Origin: Ostreococcus lucimarinus
Taxonomy: Eukaryota
Direction: 5' to 3' (one strand)
Length of the DNA stretch: 64,000 bases
Assembly: GCA_000092065.1 (NCBI GenBank)
Contig: CP000597.1
The notes beneath the pieces are model-generated. The model did not search any database and was not told the origin of the DNA. It was given only the letters and a program-made list of their open reading frames with translations. Positions within the stretch are counted from its first letter, which is position 1. The number at the start of each line of letters is the position of its first letter. The position numbers and the translations under genes were made by a program. This document shows positions 8,984 to 20,322 of the stretch, piece by piece.

Positions 8984-10591
8984 CTACGCGAGCTTGATTT
9001 TCGCCCACGCGCCGCCTCGCCAAATGTTGGCGTACACCAAGCCTTGGATGAATCTGTAGGCGACGTACAGAGTCCAAACGACGGTGAGATTTTGGTCGAA
9101 CACCGCGACGGCGAGGTAGGCTGAGGGTAAAAATAGTGCCCATTGACTCAGGATGCTCACGAGCGCCACGCGCTTGGCGTCGCCGACGCCCAGGAGAGCG
9201 TTTTGCATCGTCAGGCTGACGGCGTCGCCGCACACGGTGAGACCCGTCATGCGAAGCGGGGTCACCGCGATGTCCACCGCGTGTGGATCCGTCAAAAACA
9301 CCCCTAAAACCACTCGAGGGCACAACGCGAGGCCGAAGCCGACGACGGACATCAAAAGAGCGGTGATTTTCGCGACGTCCCACGGCCACTGCTTGGCGTC
9401 TTCCACGTCCCCTCGACCGAGCGCTCGACCGCTCAGCGCGCCGGCGGCGAGACCCATACCCATGCACGGCAAGATCAAGAATAACATCAGATTGATGAGC
9501 ACGTTCACCGCCGCCACTTCCGTCGTGCCGAGGCGCCCGACAATTGAATACAACGTCATCATGCCCGACGCGTACAGCAAGTTGGTCACCGACGTCGGCA
9601 ACGCCTGCGTGGCGAGCACGCGCAAATCCGCCATCGTCGGTCTCTTTTGTAAGAATCCAAGTTTCGTCGCCCGTTTCATCCCTTGATACATGTACATCGC
9701 CGTCCCACACCAGATACTAAAGCTCGTCCCCAATCCCGCGCCCAGAGCTCCGAGCGGGGGCACGCCCAACTGGGGCACGCCCACAAATGTCAAAATCAAC
9801 GACAGCGTGAAATTCACCGTGTGCATGACGATCAACGTGTTCATGTACACCTGCGGCTGTTGAATCGCGTTCCAAAATCCTCTGAATGCGAAATTGATCC
9901 CCACTGCCGGCACCGCCAGCACTCTAGCTCGTAAATACGGCACCGCGTTGGCCACCACGCTCGCGTCCGTCGTGTACAGCGGAACCAGCGCGTCCGCGTA
10001 AACAAACGCCAATATCGCCAGTGGCACCCCCATCAAACACACTAATATCAAAGCCGCGTTCAACGGTCGCGCGACTTCGTCGTATCTCCCCTCACCCATT
10101 CGTCTCGCCGCCATCGCCTGGACGCCGCTCGCCACGCCCTGAAGCGCCGCTTGGCACTGAAAATTCATCGTGCTCCCCAGCCCCACCGCCGCGACGCTCG
10201 CGGTGCCCAACCTCCCCACCATGGCTGCATCCGCCAAATTCAGCACGTTTTGGCTCGCCATGCCGCCCATCACGGGCAGGGCTTGATCGAGCACCGCCGT
10301 CACGCGTTCGCTCGGGACGCCGACGACGCGCGCGACGGACCAGGGGTCCCCATCGCTCGCGCGCGCGGCGGGCGCCTCCGAATCGTCGACGATCGACGCG
10401 CACGCGCGCGTTCGCGCTCTTGCCGCGATCGACACCGCTATCGACGCGCGCGGCGCGACGTAGCGCGCGCGAACGCGTCGACCGGGACAGTTTGCCTCGT
10501 GGCGCACGCGGCGAGACGAAACGCGCGCGCACGGCGCGTGGAGGCGTCGCGCGGGCGCGAGCGTCGGCGTGCGAGCGGTGAGTGGTGTCAT
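8984..10591 (-). CDS. MATE-family (multidrug and toxin extrusion) efflux transporter with an N-terminal organellar targeting extension.
   Basis: ...VLDQALPVMGGMASQNVLNLADAAMVGRLGTASVAAVGLG... and 12 predicted hydrophobic segments. MATE signature at the start of the first and second halves. Confidence 0.8.
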   Translation of the reverse strand: MTPLTARTPTLAPARRLHAPCARVSSRRVRHEANCPGRRVRARYVAPRASIAVSIAARARTRACASIVDDSEAPAARASDGDPWSVARVVGVPSERVTAVLDQALPVMGGMASQNVLNLADAAMVGRLGTASVAAVGLGSTMNFQCQAALQGVASGVQAMAARRMGEGRYDEVARPLNAALILVCLMGVPLAILAFVYADALVPLYTTDASVVANAVPYLRARVLAVPAVGINFAFRGFWNAIQQPQVYMNTLIVMHTVNFTLSLILTFVGVPQLGVPPLGALGAGLGTSFSIWCGTAMYMYQGMKRATKLGFLQKRPTMADLRVLATQALPTSVTNLLYASGMMTLYSIVGRLGTTEVAAVNVLINLMLFLILPCMGMGLAAGALSGRALGRGDVEDAKQWPWDVAKITALLMSVVGFGLALCPRVVLGVFLTDPHAVDIAVTPLRMTGLTVCGDAVSLTMQNALLGVGDAKRVALVSILSQWALFLPSAYLAVAVFDQNLTVVWTLYVAYRFIQGLVYANIWRGGAWAKIKLA

Positions 10592-10788
10592 CGAACTTTG
10601 GTAGCGCTCGACGCGCGTCCGCGACCGCGAAACGGGTCGCGCGACGGCGTGTGCAGGAACCGCGGCGCCGCGACAAACCCAAACCGGGACGGCCAGGCGA
10701 CGCTCGAGAGGTTCTAGGACGACGACGTCGAATGGGACGAATTTCTGCTATCGCTCGCGAAATGAATAAATGCTAAGCCTCGAAGGCG

Positions 10789-12048
10789 CTATCGAGCGGC
10801 GGTGAGCGGTGGTTGATGACGTCGGCTTCGCGCGCCGACGGCGCGGTTGGTCTTGACGCTCGCGACGGCGGTGAAATCTCCGAGCGCCACGGCGTCGTCC
10901 ACGGAGATGAGACGGTGAGAGGGCGACGTGTGGTCGTCTTTTACGAACGGTTTGCTCTGGCGCGCGGCTTTGAGTCGCTCTTTACGTTGCCTGTAATGTT
11001 CGACGCCGACCACGGCGTTGGCTTGGACGAGCGCGTCGTCGTATTGATCAGCCAGAGCCTCGAACGGCATCTCGTGCGCCGGCGTTACGTCACGCTTCGT
11101 TCCAATTCTCGCGCGCGTCGATCGCCACGCGCGCGAGAATTCAACCGGCGTGAGCTGTAAGACGACGTCGGCGAGTTTGTTGCCCGGCGCGCCGCCTCGA
11201 GCCTTGGCGAGCGCATCCAGCTCGAGCCTCCGCTCGTCGTTCGAACACAAATCCATCAACACGAATCTCACGTCGGCGAACGGCTTGCCCTTCTCGGCGC
11301 ACAGCGCGTCTTTATCGATCATCACCTTCTTCGCGTCGTCCCGGTGGTACTCCAGCGCCGGCTTCAATCTCTCCAAAACCAAGTGAAACGGAGTCTCCTT
11401 GACGTCGCACCACCCCGGCGCGCGCCACGTCGGCGAACACAACAGCGACCGCTGCACTCGCACGCGTCGCGTCGCGTCGTCCCTGAACAGCGGACACATC
11501 GCGCCTTCGTGCGCGACGCTCGGTTCGCACGCGCGTCGTCCCAAATTCGCCCACTTCCCATCGTCGCCTCCGCGCTTGGCGTACAGCGAACACGCGAATC
11601 TCTCGCGCGTCATCTTTCGCTTCCCTCGCGCGTTCGCGTTCCCCAATCCGTCGACTTTATCTCGCAACCGCGGTTCGCCGTCCCGCTCGCGCCGCTCGCG
11701 CGCCTCGCGTTCAATCTCTCGCTCGTACTGCTCGCTCCGCAGCGCGCGCAGCGCGATCTCCACCGGCCCGCTGTCCGACGCGTCGACGACGCGCGTCGTC
11801 GCGCCCTCGATTCGCCCTCGCGCCGCGCCCGCGCCTTTCGCGCGCGTCCCGACGCCGCGACGCATTTCGTCCCGCGCGCGCGTTCGCCGCGCCTCGCGCC
11901 GCGCGAGCGCGTCGAGCGCCGCCACCGCGCCGTCGTCGTCGTCGTCGTCGTCCTCGCGCGCGCGCGCGTCCTCGGCGTCGCCCGCGGCGTCGTCGTCGCG
12001 CGATTTCCACGGCAGGCACGGCATCAACCGACGCGCGACGCGCGACAT
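10789..12048 (-). CDS. Hypothetical protein with a putative Cys/His metal-binding motif (zf-GRF-like: C...NLGRRAC...HEGAMCPLF).
   Basis: 419-aa ORF with mixed, non-R/A-biased composition (K, E, F, L, W). An acidic DDDDDDD tract sits near the N-terminus. Motif FACSLYAKRGGDDGKWANLGRRACEPSVAHEGAMCPLF. Confidence 0.4.
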   Translation of the reverse strand: MSRVARRLMPCLPWKSRDDDAAGDAEDARAREDDDDDDDGAVAALDALARREARRTRARDEMRRGVGTRAKGAGAARGRIEGATTRVVDASDSGPVEIALRALRSEQYEREIEREARERRERDGEPRLRDKVDGLGNANARGKRKMTRERFACSLYAKRGGDDGKWANLGRRACEPSVAHEGAMCPLFRDDATRRVRVQRSLLCSPTWRAPGWCDVKETPFHLVLERLKPALEYHRDDAKKVMIDKDALCAEKGKPFADVRFVLMDLCSNDERRLELDALAKARGGAPGNKLADVVLQLTPVEFSRAWRSTRARIGTKRDVTPAHEMPFEALADQYDDALVQANAVVGVEHYRQRKERLKAARQSKPFVKDDHTSPSHRLISVDDAVALGDFTAVASVKTNRAVGARSRRHQPPLTAAR

Positions 12049-12185
12049 CGCGCGTCGCGCACTGACGCCGGCGCGCCGGCGACGCCGGTTCGCGACGCGA
12101 CGCGCGTCGCGGCGCGTCGAACCGCGCCGTCGAAACGCGCGATCGCGCCGTCGCGCGCGCGGCGACCGCGCGGGACGGATTCGAC

Positions 12186-14048
12186 ATGGGACGCTCGACG
12201 ACGCGCGGGACGTCGCGCGACGGCGCGTTCGACGCGCGGTTCTGGATCGAGCGCGACGAGGACGCGCTCGCGTCGACGTCCGTCGTCGCCGGCGCGGACG
12301 GCGCGGCGATCGAGATCGAACGACGGACGGTGACCGCGCGCGGCGTCGACGCGAGCGCGACGCCGTACGCGCTCGCGCGAGGCGCGCGAGGCGGAGGCGC
12401 GAGGGCGCTGTTGGTGTACACGCACGGCACGGGATCGAGCAAGGAGGAAGTGCTGGATCGGGCGCGGGCGTACGCGCGCGAGGGGTGGGATTGCGCGGTG
12501 TTCGACGCGGTGGGACACGGCGAGCGAGCGCGCGGCGAGGACGACGCGTACGGACGCGTCTTGGCGGAGGCGTACGATCGAATTGAGCGCTCGGGAGAGA
12601 CGCGCGAGCGGTACGGGAACTCGCCGTACGTCGTGGACGGCGCGATAGATTGCCTGCGGGTGGCGCGCGCGGCGTTGGGGAACGCGCCGGGGACGACGCG
12701 AGCGTGCTTCGCGGGCGAGAGCTTGGGCGGGATGTACGCGGCGTGCGCCGCCGCGGGATGGTCGCTAGATTGGGGGTTTAAGCTCGTCGCGTGCGCGCCG
12801 ATGATTGGATTTTCGAGTTTTTCGTACGGCGTCGAACACGAGCGATGGTTCGCGCGCGCGATCTCGCTGCCGAAGCGCCTGTGGTCGCGCGTCTCCGACG
12901 GCGCGAGAGAGACGCCGACGCTCGCCGACGTCAAGGATTTTTATTCGCGCGTGTGTCCGGATATTTGCGGCGGTTCTCGCGACGGCGCTCGAGTGTTGGC
13001 GCGCATTCGAGCGAAACGGGTGCACTTTTGCGCGGTGAACGGGTCGGACGACGCGAGAAATCCTATGGAGGGCGTGATGGAGGCGTTCGCCGAGCAACCG
13101 TCGCGTGCGAAACAGTACGGCGCTCGAGCGCAGTGCACGATCGTCGCGCAAAAGGGCGTGGGACACGAGATCACGGACGCCATGCGCGACGTCGTGCGAA
13201 CGTTTCTCACCAACGTCGCCGCGAATTTCGTGGAACCAGAGGCGATGACGTTCGACGATAAAATTTGGGACGTCGTCTCGAACGAAGTCGCGGAGAACGT
13301 TCGCGAGCCCCTTCGCGCGAAGCTTGAATCGTGGGCAAACGGTGGCATAGATCTCGCGTCGTACCTCGACGACGCCGATCGCGAATTTTTGTCCGACCCA
13401 GCGTCGAGCGTCGCGCTCGCGTCCGAAGGCGTCGACGCCGTCGTGGCTTTGATAGAAAAAGCGCGCGAGCGCGCCGAAGTAAAGTACGTCTCGCCATTCG
13501 AGATTGCGAAGCGCGAGAAAGCCGAAAGGCTCGTTCGCGAACGCGAAGAAGCCGAGGAAGCAGAACGACGACGTCGAGTGGCTGAGCGAGAGGCAGAGCG
13601 AGAGGCGGAGCGCCGCCGCGTCGAAGAAGCCGAAGCGCGCCGACTCGCCGCCGAAGCCGAGCGCGTCGAACGCGCTCGTCTCCAGGCGGAAGAGGCGGAA
13701 AGACGGCGCGTCGAAGCAGAAAACGCCGAGCGCGCGCGTTTGGAGCGCGAAGAGCTCGCCCGTGAACGCGAGTTGGAGGCGGAAAAGAAGCGAGCCGAAG
13801 AGGCAGCCGAGCGCGCTCGAAAAGAGGCGGAAGAAACGCGGCGAGTCGAAGGTTTGGCTCGCGTTCGCGCATTGCTGACGAAGAAGAATTCTGTCAAGGA
13901 AGAGATGAAGGCGAGCGCGAAGGAACGCGTGAGTGATAAGTTAAAGGTGAGGCAGGCGTCGATAAGCGAGAGGTTGATGCGGTTGAAAAGCAGTCACTCG
14001 CGTCGTCTGCAAGAGGAGGAAGATAGCGAGAGGAATGGATTGATTTAA
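12186..14048 (+). CDS. Alpha/beta-hydrolase (dienelactone-hydrolase/BAAT-like) fused to a long C-terminal Glu/Arg-rich coiled-coil tail.
   Basis: ...ALLVYTHGTGSS..., nucleophile elbow GESLGG, ...HFCAVNGSDD..., ...KGVGHEIT. The last ~180 aa form a uniform E/R/A coiled coil (EAERRRVAEREAEREAERRRVEEAEARRLAAEAERVERARLQAEEAERRR...). Confidence 0.65.
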   Translation: MGRSTTRGTSRDGAFDARFWIERDEDALASTSVVAGADGAAIEIERRTVTARGVDASATPYALARGARGGGARALLVYTHGTGSSKEEVLDRARAYAREGWDCAVFDAVGHGERARGEDDAYGRVLAEAYDRIERSGETRERYGNSPYVVDGAIDCLRVARAALGNAPGTTRACFAGESLGGMYAACAAAGWSLDWGFKLVACAPMIGFSSFSYGVEHERWFARAISLPKRLWSRVSDGARETPTLADVKDFYSRVCPDICGGSRDGARVLARIRAKRVHFCAVNGSDDARNPMEGVMEAFAEQPSRAKQYGARAQCTIVAQKGVGHEITDAMRDVVRTFLTNVAANFVEPEAMTFDDKIWDVVSNEVAENVREPLRAKLESWANGGIDLASYLDDADREFLSDPASSVALASEGVDAVVALIEKARERAEVKYVSPFEIAKREKAERLVREREEAEEAERRRRVAEREAEREAERRRVEEAEARRLAAEAERVERARLQAEEAERRRVEAENAERARLEREELARERELEAEKKRAEEAAERARKEAEETRRVEGLARVRALLTKKNSVKEEMKASAKERVSDKLKVRQASISERLMRLKSSHSRRLQEEEDSERNGLI

Positions 14049-14113
14049 TTTTCGTACGTAGTCGTGTTGCAAAGCTAAAGTTCCAAATTGTATATCTATC
14101 AGATTTATGAGAT

Positions 14114-15760
14114 TTAGACGACACCCATCTTGGAGAGAAGCTTTTTTGATTCCGCGGCGTAGTTGACCGGGTTACACTTGACCGCCGTCATGCGACGCTT
14201 GCTTTCGCCTTGGTATTCCTCGGTGACGACCTTGACGAGGAAGGACCAGTGCTGGCACGTCATCTTCTTCACCGCACGTTCGTACGCCGCGAAGTCGTTT
14301 TCCTTCAACTCGTGCATTTCGTTCGCCGTCATGCCGAACATCTTCGTCGCTTCTTCGTTGAACGCGTTCAACCACGCGCCTTCGGAGCTATCCTGCGCCT
14401 TGAATCGCATAATATAACGGCGTTCGCAAGTGTCGTAGGTTTGCCCGTTCGCTTCGCAGTACCATTTACCATCGCTTTCGATCACCTTCTTGTTGTTTCC
14501 TTCTTCGGGTGTGGCGGTGTAGTACATGGTTTGATCTGGCTTGCACATGACGGTGTGCGCGCACACCCACGCAAACGTCGGCTTGTCGGTCACCGGGGCG
14601 ATTTCCTCCGGCTGGAGCTCGGCGAGGTTACTCGCCATAATTTCGCTCTTTTGACCTTGCTGCGCGCTGGTGAGACCTTCGCCCGCGGCCGTGGTTTCGG
14701 CGCTGGAGCCGCCCTCAGACCACCACTTTTTGATTTCGACGGCGCGCGGCACGTCCTCCGGATCGATGACGATGTCAGAGCGGGAGACGGTGCCGATGGA
14801 GACGCCTTCGTAATCACCGACGCGAACAGAACGAATAGCCACCACCGGGTTGGTCATCGACGCCAACTGTTCGCCGACTTCGACGGCGAGCGCGTTCCAA
14901 AGAGTCAACCTGACGGTTTTCGCCGAGTCGTCGACCAAGACGACTTCGCGCTTGTTCAACTCGGTGTTGTCGCTCTTGCGGCGAATGGACGACAGTTCGC
15001 TGACTTCCTTGACCACGGCGACGACGTCGACGTTGCCACGCGCACCAATCTTGCTCGCGAGCTTGTTGATGGGCACGAAGGCGTACGCGCGTTGCATCTT
15101 TTGCGCGCTCGACTGATCGATGTCGTTGCAGACGTCGATTTCGCACTTGCCGTCGAGGTTCATCTCGTAATCGTTACCCGAAGTCGAGTATCGCTTATCC
15201 GCCGGTTTGAGAGAACCCTTGGAGACGTAGTAAACCTTGCCGACTTCCAAAACTGAGTCGTACTTTTCAATCGCTTCGCGCCAGAGCGTCGCGCCGATGG
15301 CGGTACCCTCCTCGTCGACAAAGTCGACCGAGCAAACCTTACCCGGACCACGCGCGCTCTTGTACTCGCGCACGTTCCCCTTGTTCGTCAACTTCACCTT
15401 GACCGTCCACGGCGTGCGGTACGGGTTAAGCGCCGCGAGCGGCACCGCCGCGCGTTCCGCGCTCGCCGGCGTCTTCGGCTCCGTCTTCGCCGCCTTCGCC
15501 GCGGGCGTCGTCACCTTCTCCTTCACATCCGCGTCGACGACTTCGAACCCGTTGATCACCGCGAACGGTTTACGCTCAACGCCATCCGTTTCGAACGCCA
15601 CGTCCGTGAGCTTCAACACCGCGTTCTCCTTCACCGCGCCGCTCGACAGCTTCTCCCCGCACGTCGCCGCGAACTTCGCCGCGATGGTGTTCTCCCCGTC
15701 GTTCAGCGTCGCACTGCACCGCCCGAAATCCACGTCATCACCGTCAGTCAAACGAACCAT
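14114..15760 (-). CDS. RPA1: Replication protein A 70-kDa subunit (RPA1).
   Basis: N-terminal domain MVRLTDG...NAVLKLTDVAFETDG...FAVINGFEVV. Consecutive OB folds. C-terminal DBD-C with a zinc ribbon (WYCEANGQTYDTCERRYIMRFKAQDSSEGAWLNAFNEEATKMFG). Start chosen at MVRLTDG (15760). The ORF extends to 15838. Confidence 0.8.
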   Translation of the reverse strand: MVRLTDGDDVDFGRCSATLNDGENTIAAKFAATCGEKLSSGAVKENAVLKLTDVAFETDGVERKPFAVINGFEVVDADVKEKVTTPAAKAAKTEPKTPASAERAAVPLAALNPYRTPWTVKVKLTNKGNVREYKSARGPGKVCSVDFVDEEGTAIGATLWREAIEKYDSVLEVGKVYYVSKGSLKPADKRYSTSGNDYEMNLDGKCEIDVCNDIDQSSAQKMQRAYAFVPINKLASKIGARGNVDVVAVVKEVSELSSIRRKSDNTELNKREVVLVDDSAKTVRLTLWNALAVEVGEQLASMTNPVVAIRSVRVGDYEGVSIGTVSRSDIVIDPEDVPRAVEIKKWWSEGGSSAETTAAGEGLTSAQQGQKSEIMASNLAELQPEEIAPVTDKPTFAWVCAHTVMCKPDQTMYYTATPEEGNNKKVIESDGKWYCEANGQTYDTCERRYIMRFKAQDSSEGAWLNAFNEEATKMFGMTANEMHELKENDFAAYERAVKKMTCQHWSFLVKVVTEEYQGESKRRMTAVKCNPVNYAAESKKLLSKMGVV

Positions 15761-16042
15761 CCCCGCGCGCGCCCACGCCTCGCCTCGCGTCCCCCCCGCG
15801 CCCGCCCACGCGCGTCGCCCGCTCGATCGCTCATTCAAAACTTGAATTTAAATTCAAACTTCCAACGACCGTCCCCGCGTTCCGCGATCATCGCGTCGCG
15901 CGCGCACCTGTACGCCTCATCCGCGCTCTTAAAGTCGAGCACCTGCGCGCGATAAAACTCCACCCATCAGTCCGCGCCCTCGTCGTCGCCCCCCTCGATC
16001 GCGCGCGTCGTCGCGCTCGTCGCGACGCGCGCGCGCGTTTGA

Positions 16043-17506
<1,464 letters not shown>

Positions 17507-17842
17507 CCCCCGCGCGTGATGCATTCATCGTCGTCTTCATTCATTCATCGACCTCGGTCGTGCGTTCGCCTCGCGCGACCGCGCGATCGATCGACGCGCG
17601 CGTCGCCCCCGTCGTCGACGCGCGGCGTCCAACCGACCGACCGTCGAACGCCGCGGCTGAAATTCGGAACCTCGCCGCATTCGCACCTCCGTCGAGTCAC
17701 GACCCATCGAGTCCCTCTTTTTTACCCAGCCTGCCACCACACTGTTTACCCACACGTTTTTACATAAAAACGCGATCGCGCGATTTCAATCTCTGCGCGT
17801 TTATTCCCCCGCGCGCGCGCCCGCCGCACGTCGCGACGCGCC

Positions 17843-18235
17843 ATGACCTCGGTCGCGCGCCGACTCGGGCGCGTCGTCCCGCTCCCGAACCTGCGCCTGA
17901 CGCTCCAACCGCCTCGACTGTCGCGCGACGACCTCGCGCGCGGCGTCGACGAGGTCGTCTTTCGCGCCGACCCGCGCGTGACCAAGCTCGAGGTTCGCGC
18001 GTACCTCGAGCGCGCGCTGCGCGTGAAGACGACGGACGTGCGCACGAGCAACTACGACGGCGCGAAGCGACGCGATCGCGGCGGGTTTCACCGTCGCGCG
18101 GCGTTCAAGAAGGTGTACGTGACGCTCGGCGAGCGGTGGTTCCCGCCGGAGGCGTTCAGGGCCAAGGACGCGCGCGAGCGGGACGACGACGCGAGGGCGA
18201 GACGCGCGAGCGCGCGCGCGGGAGGATCGACGTGA
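17843..18235 (+). CDS. Organellar (mitochondrial-type) ribosomal protein uL23.
   Basis: VVFRADPRVTKLEVRAYLERALRVKTTDVRTSNYDGAKRRDRGGFHRRAAFKKVYVTLGE matches the uL23 core (F.V....K.EIK..LE....V.V..V.T.N..GK.KR......R.D.KKAYVTL). Confidence 0.6.
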   Translation: MTSVARRLGRVVPLPNLRLTLQPPRLSRDDLARGVDEVVFRADPRVTKLEVRAYLERALRVKTTDVRTSNYDGAKRRDRGGFHRRAAFKKVYVTLGERWFPPEAFRAKDARERDDDARARRASARAGGST

Positions 18236-18383
18236 GCGACGCGAGAGGGAGAGATTTTACGCGACGCGCGTCGGCGAATCGCGACGACGACGACGGCGCG
18301 GTAGCTTTAGCTTTTGCTTTTTAGAGTTTGCAAACGATGCGGAATCGGAATCGGACACGCGACGGCGCATCGCGACGCGCGCC

Positions 18384-20267
18384 ATGCCGTGGTTCGCGCG
18401 CGAGCGCGCGATCGAGATGGACGAAGATCTGCGTCGACGCGTCGTCGAGGATCCGGCGTTCGCGCTCGCGATGCCGCTCGAGGACGTCGCGCGCGTCGAA
18501 TCGGCCGCGGCCGAGCGCGAAGGTCAATTGTCGCTCGCGAACGGCGAGTGCGCGTACGCGGCGGCGTTCTACGGGCTGGCGCTGCGCGCGCTGGCGCTCG
18601 ATCGCGCGCGCGCGCCGATGGACGCGAGCGCGCGACGAAGGAAACGGATCGAGCTGCGGTTGAGGCTCGGGGACGCGCGCGCGGGGGCGAACGAGCCGGG
18701 ACGCGCGTGCGGCGCGTACGCGGCGGCGCTGCGAGGGCTCGGGTTGATCGCGAAGAAGCGCGCGACGCGCGAGGGCGAAGAGAATGAACCCGAGGGTGTG
18801 CTCGGGCGAGAGCGAAGGGACGGCGAGGAGTGCGAGGAGACGTACGATGACGGGGGGGACGAGGAGACGTTTGCGAAGGAGAAGCCGCGAATCGCGGCGG
18901 CGTTCTTGCGCAAGGCGAACGAGAGCTCGAGTAAGGCGTCGATCAAGGGATTGGTGGACGGAGAGGTGATGTTTCGCATCGGTCGCGCGTGTCAAATGGC
19001 GGGGAGGTATAATCGCGCGTTGTTGGCGTACGAGACGGCGCTCGTATTGCAACCCGACGGGCCGCGAGACGCGAGCGCGACGCAGGTGTACTTGGCGTGC
19101 GGAGAGATGTATTTGAGCTTGCAGATGGCGGATTACGCGCTGGAATGTTTTAGAAAAGTCATGAAACGACCGATGGAGGCATCGCTCGGGACTGGGGATG
19201 TTTTGTGCGAAATCGCGTCGTGTTATAGAGTATTACGCTTGCCCGAGGAGGAGTCTCGGTGCATGAAGTCGGTGTGTTCCGATCCTTTGCACAAGCCGAT
19301 TCGTACCACGAACGTCATCAGGGTGGCGTGGTACCGGTACGAGCGAGATAAAGACGCCGCGCGAGCGCTTCGCGAGCTCACTGAAGCGAATGTGGTGAAG
19401 AAAACGTCCGAAGGCTTGTACACGAAGGGGCGCGTGCACGCCGAGACGGGGAATTTCGACGCCGCGGACGCGTGCTACGTCGAGGCGTGCAAGATGGAAC
19501 CCACGAGCCCGAAGATTTGGCTCGAGATTGGAAATCTGTATTTGAATGGATTCCAGATCCCCACCATAGCGGTCAAGGCGTACGGGCGCGCGAAAGAACT
19601 GGCGACGTTCATGCAACTGCAGGAGGACGCGTTGCACGCCGCGCGCGGGTACGGGTGCGTGTCCGAGGGACAGACGAAATTCGCCGACAGTTCCGAGGTG
19701 ACGGCGACGCACGAAAACGCCGTCATCGGCCGTGGCGATGCATTCACCGAGTTAGGCCAAGTGAGCTCGGCGCTTCGTGAATACGAACAAGTTCCCGAAA
19801 CCGGTCGCGTGCAAATTCGAAAGATGAAAATTATGATTTGGGCCGTCGTCGCCTTGCAACGCGCCTACCGAAGGCACAAGGCGCGTATGAACGCCGAAAT
19901 TGCGAGTGGCATTCGTCGACCCGCGTTACTTCCAGCGGCGCGACCGCAGGAGGCGAGACCAAAGATATCTGAAGCGTTGCTTGCCAAACGCGCAAACCGA
20001 CCAAAGACAGAGGTCAAGCCGGCGAAGAACAAATACGAGACGATCACTCGCCAAATCACTCGCACAGCGACGCCGCGCGATCGCGCGCCGATGGACATGC
20101 TGAAAGATTTCACCATCAAACCGGCGAAGAATTACGTCAGCCCGAACGCGTCGCCCGCGACAAAGCGGAAGACGAAAGGCGTCGGTCTCTTCGACTTTTC
20201 TCGCGCCGAGCAAAAGACCCCCATCGCGACGGCGCCGTCCAGCGGACGCACATCCCTCTTCAAATGA
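18384..20267 (+). CDS. TPR-repeat protein with a C-terminal IQ (calmodulin-binding) motif.
   Basis: Several TPR-like helical pairs (AYAAAFYGLALRALALD; FRIGRACQMAGRYNRALLAYETALVLQP; VYLACGEMYLSLQMADYALECFRKVM; KGRVHAETGNFDAADACYVEACKMEP; WLEIGNLYLNG). IQ motif IWAVVALQRAYRRHKARM. Confidence 0.5.
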   Translation: MPWFARERAIEMDEDLRRRVVEDPAFALAMPLEDVARVESAAAEREGQLSLANGECAYAAAFYGLALRALALDRARAPMDASARRRKRIELRLRLGDARAGANEPGRACGAYAAALRGLGLIAKKRATREGEENEPEGVLGRERRDGEECEETYDDGGDEETFAKEKPRIAAAFLRKANESSSKASIKGLVDGEVMFRIGRACQMAGRYNRALLAYETALVLQPDGPRDASATQVYLACGEMYLSLQMADYALECFRKVMKRPMEASLGTGDVLCEIASCYRVLRLPEEESRCMKSVCSDPLHKPIRTTNVIRVAWYRYERDKDAARALRELTEANVVKKTSEGLYTKGRVHAETGNFDAADACYVEACKMEPTSPKIWLEIGNLYLNGFQIPTIAVKAYGRAKELATFMQLQEDALHAARGYGCVSEGQTKFADSSEVTATHENAVIGRGDAFTELGQVSSALREYEQVPETGRVQIRKMKIMIWAVVALQRAYRRHKARMNAEIASGIRRPALLPAARPQEARPKISEALLAKRANRPKTEVKPAKNKYETITRQITRTATPRDRAPMDMLKDFTIKPAKNYVSPNASPATKRKTKGVGLFDFSRAEQKTPIATAPSSGRTSLFK

Positions 20268-20322
20268 GAACGATTCCCATCGCATTAGATTCTGTGCATT
20301 AGGTACAATAATTGTTGTAACG

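Noticed and set aside
8157-9710. 517-aa ORF on the minus strand spanning the HDDC2 and MATE genes.
   Set aside because: Translation is dominated by R/G/A/S runs (RRRRAERSSARSRGRGRR...). It is antisense to two well-supported genes. This is typical GC-rich frame noise.
11344-12586. Two long plus-strand ORFs (329 and 395 aa), and the minus-strand ORF 11711..12934.
   Set aside because: R/A/S-rich translations antisense to or overlapping the 10789..12048 gene and the hydrolase gene. They also overlap each other in different frames.
12941-13897. 318-aa minus-strand Ser/Ala/Arg-rich ORF; also 13207..13872(-).
   Set aside because: Antisense translation of the GAG/CGC-repeat region that encodes the hydrolase's E/R coiled-coil tail.
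14210-15256. 348-aa plus-strand ORF.
   Set aside because: Antisense to the RPA1 coding sequence. Low-complexity V/R/L/D-rich translation with no domain.
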